IMG/VR virus record: IMGVR_UViG_2734482785_000006
Span: 1 to 20,059 of that record
Length of the DNA: 20,059 nucleotides
Strand: one strand, 5' to 3'
From: a virus
Taxonomy: Duplodnaviria; Heunggongvirae; Uroviricota; Caudoviricetes
Every line of letters starts with the position of its first letter. Position 1 is the stretch's first letter. Shown here piece by piece: positions 7,319-15,125 of this stretch. Made by a program: the position numbers and the translations under genes. The notes beneath the pieces were generated by a model. It ran no database searches, had not been told where the DNA came from, and worked only from the letters and a program-made list of their open reading frames with translations.

Positions 7319-7743
7319 ATTGTGAAGGTGATTTTTCAGGAGGGCTTGTGGCAAAAGCATATACACCCGAACAGCGGGAAGCGCTGAAGGCACGAATTAT
7401 CGGGTTGGTACGCAAAAATGAACGCATGACGATGTCGCAGCTGGAGAGGGCGACTGGGGCAGGCTGGCATTCGGTCCGACGCTGCCTTGTGGATGTGCTG
7501 GCTTGTGGCGATTTATACATGTCCGGTAAATACGGTGTTTTTGCGTCAGAGCAGACGTATCGCGAATGGCGTAAGACACCGGAGAAAACAACTGACCAGA
7601 CGTTGATTCGAAGGTTACCAGACGGAGAGATACGCCGCTATGACAGGCATCAGAACATCATTTGCCGTGAGTGCCGGCAGAGTGAGGTTATGCAGCGTGT
7701 GCTGGCGTTCTATCAGGGTAATTTTCAGGAGGTGATGGAGTGA
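7315..7743 (+). CDS. Hypothetical protein (142 aa)
   Basis: ATG overlaps the P-like stop (ATGA); product MNCEGDFSGGLVAKAYTPEQREALKARIIGLVRKNERMTMSQLERATG...; no family recognised. Confidence 0.5.
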   Translation: MNCEGDFSGGLVAKAYTPEQREALKARIIGLVRKNERMTMSQLERATGAGWHSVRRCLVDVLACGDLYMSGKYGVFASEQTYREWRKTPEKTTDQTLIRRLPDGEIRRYDRHQNIICRECRQSEVMQRVLAFYQGNFQEVME

Positions 7744-8039
7744 GGGTGAGGGTTTATATCGCCGGTCCGATGACCGGGTATAAAAATTTCAACCGTGAGG
7801 CGTTCCACAATGCGGAAGAGGAACTGAAACGGGAAGGGCATACAGTCTTAAACCCGGCAGTACTTCCGGACGGGCTGACACAGCCACACTACATGGATAT
7901 TTGCATGGCAATGATTCGTTGTGTGGATGCGATTTACATGCTGAAAGGCTGGCAGCGGTCAGCAGGCGCTAAGGCGGAACTGGCACTGGCGGAGAAGCTG
8001 GGGCATGCAGTTATTTTCCAGGAGGCAACCAGTGAGTAA
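7740..8039 (+). CDS. DUF4406-like protein (nucleoside 2-deoxyribosyltransferase-like fold), 99 aa
   Basis: GTG start overlapping the previous stop; N-terminal VYIAGPMTGYKNFNREAFHNAEEELKREGHTVLNP motif typical of DUF4406 phage proteins. Confidence 0.5.
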   Translation: MRVRVYIAGPMTGYKNFNREAFHNAEEELKREGHTVLNPAVLPDGLTQPHYMDICMAMIRCVDAIYMLKGWQRSAGAKAELALAEKLGHAVIFQEATSE

Positions 8040-8592
8040 CCAATGGCGACCAGATATTTGCCCAATAACCGGACGTGCATTTTTCATGTGGATTGAGCAT
8101 CCGACATTGGGAAATGTGCCGACGTATGGTGGCCCATTAGATAGCTACACCATCCCAACAAAGGACAGCGACGGTGAGTTTTCATGTGAGCGTTACGATC
8201 ATGATTTCGGTGGCTGGGTAGAAAGCGAATGTCTTGGGTTATATCTGATTGATGATAAAGAACAATGCAGAGTCTACGAACTCGAGGAGCGCGTTAAAGA
8301 GCTGGAAGCGCGGGAAATAAAACCGGCCAAGGGCGAAGTTCTTGTCGTTGTATCTGGTTTTACTGGTTGCGGAAAAAGCGCCATTGCCGGGGAAATAGAA
8401 ATTGCGATGAAGGCTATTGGTGTACCGGTTCAGTGGACTAATGGCGATGCAGAAAAGCGCATGACAGGAGCTGACTGGCTGGCAGCGATTGAGATGTACA
8501 AACCAACTGTGCGCATCGTGGAAGCTAATGTGCCACGCGCCGCTGGCATTCGCATCAAAGGAGAGGAGCATGGAAATCAAACCAGAAGATGA
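8032..8592 (+). CDS. Hypothetical protein (186 aa), Cys/His-rich N-terminal half
   Basis: GTG at 8032 six nt after GGAGG, overlapping the previous stop (track start 8005 lacks a ribosome-binding site); product VSNQWRPDICPITGRAFFMWIEHPTLGNVPTYGGPLDSYT... Confidence 0.45.
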   Translation: MSNQWRPDICPITGRAFFMWIEHPTLGNVPTYGGPLDSYTIPTKDSDGEFSCERYDHDFGGWVESECLGLYLIDDKEQCRVYELEERVKELEAREIKPAKGEVLVVVSGFTGCGKSAIAGEIEIAMKAIGVPVQWTNGDAEKRMTGADWLAAIEMYKPTVRIVEANVPRAAGIRIKGEEHGNQTRR

Positions 8593-8926
8593 GTTAAGTA
8601 ATATTGTTTTATTTCCGGTAAAAGAGGATGACCCACGTAATCAGGTTAATTTTCTTTATGAGCCATCGGAAAGACCATATTGTCATCACGCTTCTGTCCG
8701 GGTTGACGAAAAAGAGCGTCAGGTCCGCTGTAAAATCTGCGGTGCAGTTGTGGAGCCGTTTGACTGGATGCTCTCTGTGGCGAAAAGAGAAACCAGACTG
8801 GCAGATGATGTAAGGCTATTGCGCCAGGAGGAACAGGAAAGACGGAAAAATATAGAAAAGTTAATTCAGATTGAGCGTAACGCGAAAGCGCGGATACGCA
8901 GGGCGACGAAATCCAGAACTGAATAA
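8570..8926 (+). CDS. Hypothetical protein (118 aa) with putative zinc-ribbon and basic coiled-coil C-terminus
   Basis: ATG at 8570 after GAGGAG; overlaps the previous gene; CHHASVRVDEKERQVRCKICG motif; C-terminus RETRLADDVRLLRQEEQERRKNIEKLIQIERNAKARIRR. Confidence 0.45.
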   Translation: MEIKPEDELSNIVLFPVKEDDPRNQVNFLYEPSERPYCHHASVRVDEKERQVRCKICGAVVEPFDWMLSVAKRETRLADDVRLLRQEEQERRKNIEKLIQIERNAKARIRRATKSRTE

Positions 8927-8976
8927 ATAAATTTAGCACTGTAAATAAAATCAAATCATTAACTGGAGGTATATCT

Positions 8977-9189
8977 ATGTTAAATACACAGAAAACCATT
9001 AATGCGGAAAAATATAACGAGTGGGTGAGGAAATTTTCTGAGCAGATTTTTAAAATTACTGGCGACGAGAATGCGGCAAAAAATGAATTAGAGCCGTGGA
9101 CACCTGAAGGAGTCGAACCAAATTATTGCTGGTGGGATGTTGATCCAGTTGATGCTGCAAATGAAGCTATGAGTTATCACAACGATTAA
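8977..9189 (+). CDS. Hypothetical protein (70 aa)
   Basis: ATG at 8977 eight nt after GGAGG; acidic protein MLNTQKTINAEKYNEWVRKFSEQIFKITGDENAAKNELEPW... Confidence 0.45.
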   Translation: MLNTQKTINAEKYNEWVRKFSEQIFKITGDENAAKNELEPWTPEGVEPNYCWWDVDPVDAANEAMSYHND

Positions 9190-9221
9190 TGTCAGGAGGC
9201 CGCCCGAAAGGGCGGTAAGAA

Positions 9222-9440
9222 ATGACTACATTATTCAGAAAAGAATATCCGCGAAAAAGTAGAGCGACAGAATTTTTGTTTCTCATTCTGTTTATCGTGT
9301 TGATGATACCGATATCCCCGCTAATTTTTGTCTGGATAATCGTGAAAATAATTGAACCTATTATTGAGTTATATACCGATGTGATATGGGGACCATTCAA
9401 CACACTACACAATAAAATTAATCCGTATAAGGAAAGCTGA
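9222..9440 (+). CDS. Small membrane protein (72 aa), very AT-rich
   Basis: Hydrophobic core EFLFLILFIVLMIPISPLIFVWIIVKII; ATG at 9222; stop 1 nt before the HNH gene start; upstream stem-loop at 9200..9215. Confidence 0.4.
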   Translation: MTTLFRKEYPRKSRATEFLFLILFIVLMIPISPLIFVWIIVKIIEPIIELYTDVIWGPFNTLHNKINPYKES

Positions 9441-9441
9441 T

Positions 9442-9807
9442 ATGTCACTGACGAAAAAACAACGTGCAGAACTGCGCATGAAGTTCGGTGGTCGCTGCGC
9501 TTATTGCGGCTGCGAACTTGGCGAAAAGTGGCATGCAGACCATGTAAAACCGGTCATCCGTTTTGATGGAAATATGCTTCACCAGGAACGTGACGATATA
9601 TCCAACATGGTTCCGGCATGCCACCCATGCAATCTGCACAAGCATTGCAGTAGCCTGGAAGATTATCGGCGAATTATCAGTGATGGTCGTCGTGAATTCC
9701 TTGCGTCCGGGAAAGGCAAGGCGCTGGTTCGTATGGGATTGGTTGAAATGAAATCTGACCCAGTTGTGTTCTGGTTTGAAAAATATCAAGAAGGGGCTAC
9801 GGCATGA
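9442..9807 (+). CDS. HNH endonuclease (121 aa)
   Basis: ATG at 9442 after AAGGAAAG; HNH signature CAYCGC...WHADHVKPV...[14 protein letters not shown]. Confidence 0.7.
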   Translation: MSLTKKQRAELRMKFGGRCAYCGCELGEKWHADHVKPVIRFDGNMLHQERDDISNMVPACHPCNLHKHCSSLEDYRRIISDGRREFLASGKGKALVRMGLVEMKSDPVVFWFEKYQEGATA

Positions 9808-10148
9808 CGACTTTTACCAGAGAGCAGTTAATAGCTCACGCAGAGGAGACTATTGAAGCACAGAGATTGTGCATACCGGGCACAATCGACAATGACATCA
9901 TCCGCACATATAAGATGGATATTGCTGTTCTGGAAATCGCACTGGTATCGCTGGCAGCAGAGCCAGCCGGTAAATTGCATGAATACAAACCAGTGGGGTA
10001 TCAGCGTCTGGTCGACGAGTTAACTATGCAGGTAAAGCAGTTAGCCTGGCAACTGAGGAAAGCGAAGCCAGACTGCAAATTACCGGATAAGGCGATGAGT
10101 TATCTGGAGCGGAACGGATTGATAAGCGTGGAGGATGTTTTACGATGA
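9804..10148 (+). CDS. Hypothetical protein (114 aa)
   Basis: ATG overlaps the HNH stop (ATGA); product [39 protein letters not shown]... Confidence 0.45.
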   Translation: MTTFTREQLIAHAEETIEAQRLCIPGTIDNDIIRTYKMDIAVLEIALVSLAAEPAGKLHEYKPVGYQRLVDELTMQVKQLAWQLRKAKPDCKLPDKAMSYLERNGLISVEDVLR

Positions 10149-10228
10149 CCTGGCCTGAAGCATTCACAACGGTAGGAATCGCACTGGCGGTGGCGCTGGT
10201 GGTGTATTCGATTTGCCGCTGGGGATAA
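10145..10228 (+). CDS. Candidate 27-aa single-pass membrane peptide
   Basis: ATG overlapping the upstream stop (ATGA); [27 protein letters not shown]; immediately followed by a terminator; too short for the ORF track, so speculative. Confidence 0.3.
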   Translation: MTWPEAFTTVGIALAVALVVYSICRWG

Positions 10229-10235
10229 ATCGCCG

Positions 10236-10280
10236 AAAAAAGATCCCGACACAAACATGAGCCGGGATCTTTGATTTATA
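10236..10280. terminator. Possible bidirectional rho-independent terminator
   Basis: 10-bp stem AAAGATCCCG (10239..10248) / CGGGATCTTT (10263..10272) with 14-nt loop, A-tract upstream and T-rich tail downstream; sits between converging plus-strand cassette and minus-strand TA operon. Confidence 0.4.
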
Positions 10281-10352
10281 TAGCCTACGAATCCGCCAGT
10301 AAGAGAGGGGGCGGACGGTTTATTCTAACACCGGAATGATGTGGGTAAAAGT

Positions 10353-10652
10353 TTATAAGAAATCGGTTTCATAACTTTGCCCACCATGATAGATACCGAC
10401 AATAAAGACTTTTCTGCTATCAACGGCAAAAGCAATAATCGTTCTGTGGCGGAAATGAGTTACCCGCATCCCCTGGCGAATATCATCGCGTTTATTGCCC
10501 CGATGCGGGAATGTAGAAAACCCATCAAGATAATCAAGAAGCGCATTGGCATAATTGTCAGCAATGACGTTCCCTGCTTTCTCCGTTATATACCTGTGCA
10601 GGTTGATTATTTGTTGTTCGGCCTCAGGAGTAATGATGACTTCATATGTCAT
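10353..10652 (-). CDS. RelE/ParE-family toxin (99 aa)
   Basis: ATG at 10652..10650; product MTYEVIITPEAEQQIINLHRYITEKAGNVIADNYANALLDYLDGFSTFPHRG...IVGIYHGGQ has the ParE/RelE pattern; directly downstream of the antitoxin gene. Confidence 0.7.
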   Translation of the reverse strand: MTYEVIITPEAEQQIINLHRYITEKAGNVIADNYANALLDYLDGFSTFPHRGNKRDDIRQGMRVTHFRHRTIIAFAVDSRKVFIVGIYHGGQSYETDFL

Positions 10653-10657
10653 GCAGA

Positions 10658-10915
10658 TTACTTCCCGGATCGAATCGCGGCGCGAACCTGTGAAATGGAG
10701 CGTCCGTTGTTTGGGTTTTCGCGGATAGAATCAAGAGAGGGGGCGGCTGAATGCGTTAACCACGCTTCGATTGCTTTATCGCGCTCATTCAGTGCGCGAA
10801 GCCCTTCACGAATGACCTCGCTTTCTGAAGCATAGGCACCGGAAGCCACACGGGCGCGCACCATGTCAGCCATTTCGTTAGTTAATGTAATGCTGAATTG
10901 TTGGGTTGTACGCAT
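10658..10915 (-). CDS. ParD-like ribbon-helix-helix antitoxin (85 aa)
   Basis: ATG at 10915..10913; product MRTTQQFSITLTNEMADMVRARVASGAYASESEVIREGLRALNERDKAIEAW... typical of ParD/RHH antitoxins. Confidence 0.65.
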   Translation of the reverse strand: MRTTQQFSITLTNEMADMVRARVASGAYASESEVIREGLRALNERDKAIEAWLTHSAAPSLDSIRENPNNGRSISQVRAAIRSGK

Positions 10916-11050
10916 GGTAAACCTCACGGAGTAGGATAGAACACCATTTGATGATAGCACGTTGCCTGTTGACGACAACAGAAATCAGAGACAATATTGC
11001 CGCACGCCAGCTTGAACAACTGGCACCTGCTGCGCCAGCAGAGAAAACCG

Positions 11051-11323
11051 ATGGCGCACAATACCAAACATCACAATTCTGATACCGCCCCTGCCAGCAG
11101 GCAAGGGCGGCGTTCTCACACATTCAAATATGACTGGTATCAGCATGCCCCCTGCACTGAAGAACAGGCCGAATGGCTGATACAGAACTACCGCAGACGT
11201 GGGTATGAGTTTAGGAAAGCCCTCAGCCTCGATTATCGTCACTGGATAATCTACGTCAGACTCCCTTATTCCGAACGCCCACCGCGTCCGTCCCGCACAT
11301 TCCAGCAACGCATCTGGAGGTAA
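11051..11323 (+). CDS. Hypothetical basic protein (90 aa from ATG 11051; TTG alternative at 10997)
   Basis: Stop is 1 nt before the DUF968 start, suggesting co-transcription; weak ribosome-binding site; competing minus-strand ORF 10985..11398 judged antisense. Confidence 0.35.
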   Translation: MAHNTKHHNSDTAPASRQGRRSHTFKYDWYQHAPCTEEQAEWLIQNYRRRGYEFRKALSLDYRHWIIYVRLPYSERPPRPSRTFQQRIWR

Positions 11324-11324
11324 C

Positions 11325-12374
11325 GTGCGGGTATTACTTCGACCTGTTCTGGTACCGGAACTCGGGCTGGTGGTCCTTAAGCCAGGTCGTGAATCCATGC
11401 AGGTATTTCACAATCCTCGAGTGCTGGTGGAGCCGGAATCGAAAAGCATGTGCGGCCTGCCATCCGGAGTCGTCCCTGCCGTTCGCCAGCCGCTGGCGGA
11501 GGATAAATCATTACTGCCATTTTTCAGCGATGAGCGGGTGATTCGTGCTGCTGGCGGCGCTGGGGCACTGTCTGACTGGCTGTTGCGTCATGTCAAATCC
11601 TGCCAGTGGCCTCATGGTGACTATCATCACAGTGAAATCGTCATACATCGTTACGGTACCGGCGCGATGGTGTTGTGCTGGCACTGCGACAACCAGCTGC
11701 GTGACCAGACATCCGAATCACTCGGGCAACTTGCTCATCAAAATCTGTCAGCATGGATGATTGACGTCATACGCCATGCAATGAATGGCACGCAGGAGAG
11801 GGAGTTATCGCTGGCTGAATTATCCTGGTGGGCGGTCTGCAATCAAGTGGCGGACGCGCTTCCGGAGGCAGTATTACGTCGTTCTCTGGGGTTACGTGCG
11901 GAAAAAATCCGCTCAGTATACCGCGAAAGCGACATCGTACCGGGAGAGCAGACCGCCACCAGCATACTGAAGCAGCGCACAAAAAATATTGCGCCACCAC
12001 CTCATGCCCACCAGCAACAGAACCCACCACAGGAAAAGACGGTGGTAAACGTTGCCGTTGATCCTGAGTCTCCTGAATCTTTCATGAAGCGGCCTAAACG
12101 TCGCCGCTGGGTAAATGAGAAATACACGCGCTGGGTAAAGACACAGCCGTGTGCGTGTTGCGGTAAGCCAGCCGACGATCCCCATCACCTGATTGGTCAT
12201 GGTCAGGGCGGAATGGGAACAAAATCCCACGATATTTTCACGCTACCGCTGTGTCGGGAGCATCACAATGAACTTCATGCTGATCCGCTGGCATTTGAAG
12301 AAAAGCATGGTTCCCAGATTGATTTAATTTTTCGTTTTCTTGATCACGCCTTTGCAACCGGCGTGCTCGGGTAA
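11325..12374 (+). CDS. DUF968 family protein (YdfU-like), 349 aa
   Basis: GTG at 11325 five nt after GGAGG; C-terminal Cys/His cluster CACCGKPADDPHHLIGHGQGGMGTKSHDIFTLPLCREHHNELH and conserved position upstream of rusA. Confidence 0.65.
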   Translation: MRVLLRPVLVPELGLVVLKPGRESMQVFHNPRVLVEPESKSMCGLPSGVVPAVRQPLAEDKSLLPFFSDERVIRAAGGAGALSDWLLRHVKSCQWPHGDYHHSEIVIHRYGTGAMVLCWHCDNQLRDQTSESLGQLAHQNLSAWMIDVIRHAMNGTQERELSLAELSWWAVCNQVADALPEAVLRRSLGLRAEKIRSVYRESDIVPGEQTATSILKQRTKNIAPPPHAHQQQNPPQEKTVVNVAVDPESPESFMKRPKRRRWVNEKYTRWVKTQPCACCGKPADDPHHLIGHGQGGMGTKSHDIFTLPLCREHHNELHADPLAFEEKHGSQIDLIFRFLDHAFATGVLG

Positions 12375-12386
12375 AAGAGGTTACTG

Positions 12387-12758
12387 ATGCGTATAGAGTT
12401 TGTTTTGCCTTACCCGCCGACGGTGAACACCTACTGGCGACGTCGTGGCAGCACATATTTTGTATCAAAAGCCGGTGAGTGTTATCGCCGTGATGTGGCG
12501 CTCATTGTTCGCCAGCAGCGGCTGAAATTAAATCTGTCCGGAAGGCTGGCAATAAAAATTACTGCAGAGCCACCGGATAAACGCCGTCGTGACCTGGACA
12601 ATATTCTGAAAGCACCACTGGATGCGCTGACGCATGCGGGACTGCTTATCGACGACGAGCAGTTTGATGAAATTAATATTGTGCGCGGTCAGCTCGTTCC
12701 TGGTGGTCGGCTGGGCGTGAAGATTTACGAAATTACAGGTGATAACGATGGCGCGTGA
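12387..12758 (+). CDS. rusA: Holliday junction resolvase RusA
   Basis: Product [21 protein letters not shown]...[29 protein letters not shown] matches recalled RusA motifs. Confidence 0.8.
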   Translation: MRIEFVLPYPPTVNTYWRRRGSTYFVSKAGECYRRDVALIVRQQRLKLNLSGRLAIKITAEPPDKRRRDLDNILKAPLDALTHAGLLIDDEQFDEINIVRGQLVPGGRLGVKIYEITGDNDGA

Positions 12759-13134
12759 TATTCAGCAGGTTATGGAGCGGTGGGGAGCATGGGCTGCAAA
12801 CAATCACGAAGATGTGTCATGGGCGTCAATAGCTGCTGGTTTTAAAGGATTAATCCCGCCGAAAGTGAAATCACGCCCTCAGTGTTCTGATGATGATGCA
12901 ATGATAATTTGTGGCTGTATGGCCCGGTTGAACAAGAAAAATCAGGATTTGCACGATTTGTTGGTGGATTATTACGTAGGTGGAATGACTTTTATGGGGC
13001 TGGCACGAAAGCATGGGTGTTCGGATACCTGTATTGGCAAGCGCCTGCAGAAAGCGGAAGGGGTTATTGATGGCATGTTGATGATGCTTGATATCCGACT
13101 GGAGATGGACAGATACGTAGAACGAATCATGTAG
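12748..13134 (+). CDS. quuD: Late-gene antiterminator Q (QuuD-like), 128 aa
   Basis: ATG at 12748 seven nt after AGGTGA, overlapping the rusA stop; product [35 protein letters not shown]... closely resembles recalled DLP12 QuuD. Confidence 0.7.
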   Translation: MARDIQQVMERWGAWAANNHEDVSWASIAAGFKGLIPPKVKSRPQCSDDDAMIICGCMARLNKKNQDLHDLLVDYYVGGMTFMGLARKHGCSDTCIGKRLQKAEGVIDGMLMMLDIRLEMDRYVERIM

Positions 13135-13138
13135 GAGC

Positions 13139-13169
13139 TTGACCAGACACATTGTCCGGGGCTATATTC
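13139..13169 (+). promoter_or_regulatory. PR'-like late promoter (qut region expected here)
   Basis: TTGACC (13139..13144), 17-bp spacer, CTATAT/TATATT, immediately after the Q stop; followed by a CGCCAG-caaaat-CTGGCG hairpin (13176..13193). Confidence 0.4.
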
Positions 13170-13230
13170 CTCACGCGCCAGCAAAATCTGGCGTCGGGAT
13201 TAGGAACCCCGGATAGAGACCGCGACAGAT

Positions 13231-13255
13231 ACACGCCGCGAGCGTGTTTTTTATT
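13231..13255 (+). terminator. tR'-like rho-independent terminator
   Basis: ACACGC-cgcga-GCGTGT stem-loop followed by TTTTTTATT, about 90 nt downstream of the late promoter. Confidence 0.55.
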
Positions 13256-13415
13256 GTCGTATGCACGCGCACATCTGAATTATGGTGGGGCGTATGGGGG
13301 AGCTGAAAGGCTCGCCGGTTGGTTTCCCGGTAGTTCCTAACCCTGTACGTCTCACCACCCGATGATTAGGAACCTGACGGTGGTGATAGTTTAGAAACCA
13401 CTAGAGGGCGTCATT

Positions 13416-13979
13416 ATGACAACTCAAATCTCTGTTGAAACTCTCTCCCCGATCACCCATAACCAGATTCCTGTAATTACCACTGAACTTTTGGCGCAGC
13501 TTTATGGCACCGAAATTCTGAATATCCAGGTTAACTTCACCAGAAACAAAGAGCGTTTTGTCGCAGGGAAGCACTTTTTTAAAGCAGCGGGTGAGGAATT
13601 AAAAAAATTGCGACTTACTTTAAGTAAGTCACAAAATCCCATCTCTCCCAAAACCCGCTCCCTCATTCTCTGGACAGAACGAGGCGCAGCCCGTCACGCC
13701 AAAATGCTCGAGACCGATCAGGCGTGGGATGTGTTCGAAAAACTGGAAGACTGTTATTTCAGCCAGAAACAGCCACCAGCAGCACAAAACTCCCCCACCG
13801 AAAATGATGGATGCGCATTACTGATCCACTTCGATAAACACGGTCAGGTCGACTTCACGGAAAAAGTACCCGCCGATGCGATGGTATGCACTCTGGAACG
13901 GTTTAAATTTTATCTGGAACAACGCGGCTGGATCGTTGCCCGTAAAGAGCAGCTGGTGGAACGACTGATGCGGCTTTAA
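13416..13979 (+). CDS. ORF6N/Rha-like antirepressor-type regulatory protein (187 aa)
   Basis: ATG at 13416 after GAGGG; N-terminal region PVITTELLAQLYGTEILNIQVNFTRNKERFVAGKHFFKAAGEELKKL resembles the ORF6N/Rha domain; family call is from memory. Confidence 0.5.
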   Translation: MTTQISVETLSPITHNQIPVITTELLAQLYGTEILNIQVNFTRNKERFVAGKHFFKAAGEELKKLRLTLSKSQNPISPKTRSLILWTERGAARHAKMLETDQAWDVFEKLEDCYFSQKQPPAAQNSPTENDGCALLIHFDKHGQVDFTEKVPADAMVCTLERFKFYLEQRGWIVARKEQLVERLMRL

Positions 13980-14054
13980 AAATTTTCCCCGAACGCTTTA
14001 CGATCGTAAAAAGTTGAATATCCTGTTAAGAGTGGTTACTACGCCAAACAGCTT

Positions 14055-14083
14055 AAACCCGCCACTGAGCGGGTTTTTTTTAT
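14055..14083 (+). terminator. Rho-independent terminator
   Basis: AAACCCGC-cactga-GCGGGTTT stem-loop followed by TTTTTTAT. Confidence 0.6.
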
Positions 14084-14203
14084 GCCTGAAAAACGGTACA
14101 GGACGTTAAACGCGCTGGTGGTTGCGAATACTGGTCTTTCGGCTTGTATTTTTGTAAATCGATATATACTTATCTTGTGACCAGTAATGTCAGGGCAATT
14201 GAT

Positions 14204-14947
14204 ATGAATGAAGCTTGTTCTGTTGTTTTTGTTCATTCCCCGTTTGTTGTGCTCTTTGAAGGAAAAGAGCTCTCTCTGGAAAGTGGTAGTGCACTTCTTG
14301 TCAGGGGGGGAGCTGGATCGTTATTGCCCTTTTCGGAATGTTTTCGGCGAATAAGTCTCAGTGAATCGACAATTATCCGTTACCTGTTGTGTGGAGACGA
14401 AAAACAGGATGTAGTTTTAGTCCGGCAAATACCACGATATCTTTGCGTGAGTTTTCCCAAGGCAGAATTGATGGGCATCCTGATTGATTATCTTTGTGAG
14501 GAAAAGATTCATACGGACAATTTAGCGGAAATGCTTTCCTTTTCGTGTCTGGCGTTTTTCTCATCAGAGAAAATGTTTTCGTCGTTTCTGACCGCGTGTA
14601 TTGGCAATATTAGTGACAGGCTTAGTGCATTGTTTCGTACGGACATTGCAGCAAACTGGACTCTGAGAGATGTGTCTTCGCGGTTATGTATCAGTGAAAG
14701 TTTGTTAAAAAAAAGACTGAAAGAAGAAGGCACCTGTTTCAGTGAGTTGTTGCTTACAGAGAGAATGAGAATGGCAGCAATGCTGTTGAATCAATCTCGT
14801 TGCGCCATCAACAGAATCGCTGCTCAGTGTGGCTATAATTTTACATCTTATTTTATCAGCGTATTCAGGAGTTATTTTGGTGTTACACCGGCAGGTTACA
14901 GGATGGCTGCATTCAATGAGATGAGTTTAAGTGTTACTCAAGAATAA
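14204..14947 (+). CDS. AraC-family transcriptional regulator (247 aa; track start at 14144 is an alternative)
   Basis: C-terminal AraC-type HTH WTLRDVSSRLCISESLLKKRLKEEGTCFSELLLTERMRMAAMLLNQSRCAINRIAAQCGYNFTSYFISVFRSYFGVTPAGYR; gene is AT-rich relative to flanks. Confidence 0.75.
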   Translation: MNEACSVVFVHSPFVVLFEGKELSLESGSALLVRGGAGSLLPFSECFRRISLSESTIIRYLLCGDEKQDVVLVRQIPRYLCVSFPKAELMGILIDYLCEEKIHTDNLAEMLSFSCLAFFSSEKMFSSFLTACIGNISDRLSALFRTDIAANWTLRDVSSRLCISESLLKKRLKEEGTCFSELLLTERMRMAAMLLNQSRCAINRIAAQCGYNFTSYFISVFRSYFGVTPAGYRMAAFNEMSLSVTQE

Positions 14948-14972
14948 TTGAATTTTGCACTCATTGAAAACA

Positions 14973-14997
14973 GGCTCGCTGCGGCGGGCCTTTTTTA
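14973..14997 (+). terminator. Rho-independent terminator
   Basis: GGCTCGC-tgcg-GCGGGCC stem (one G-U pair) followed by TTTTTTAT directly after the AraC-family gene stop. Confidence 0.5.
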
Positions 14998-15086
14998 TAT
15001 CCGCGCCACGTCCGGCGCACATCACATCAGATAACACCACACAAAAGGTATCTGCGGGTGCCTTTGACGGGGTGTTGTTTTTTTAC

Positions 15087-15110
15087 GGGCCGACAGTGGC
15101 CCTTTTTATT
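15087..15110 (+). terminator. Terminator-like hairpin immediately upstream of the lysis cassette
   Basis: GGGCC-gacagt-GGCCC followed by TTTTTATTT; lies 4 nt upstream of the AGGAG ribosome-binding site of the first lysis gene. Confidence 0.4.
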
Positions 15111-15125
15111 TACAGGAGAAAAAGT

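Noticed and set aside
10985-11398. Minus-strand ORF of 137 aa
   Set aside because: Overlaps the ribosome-binding site and start of the DUF968 gene and has a Gly/Arg/Thr-rich translation typical of antisense GC-rich sequence.
11545-12230. Several ORFs on both strands inside the DUF968 gene
   Set aside because: Embedded in or antisense to a gene with a conserved family signature; Arg/Cys-rich translations.
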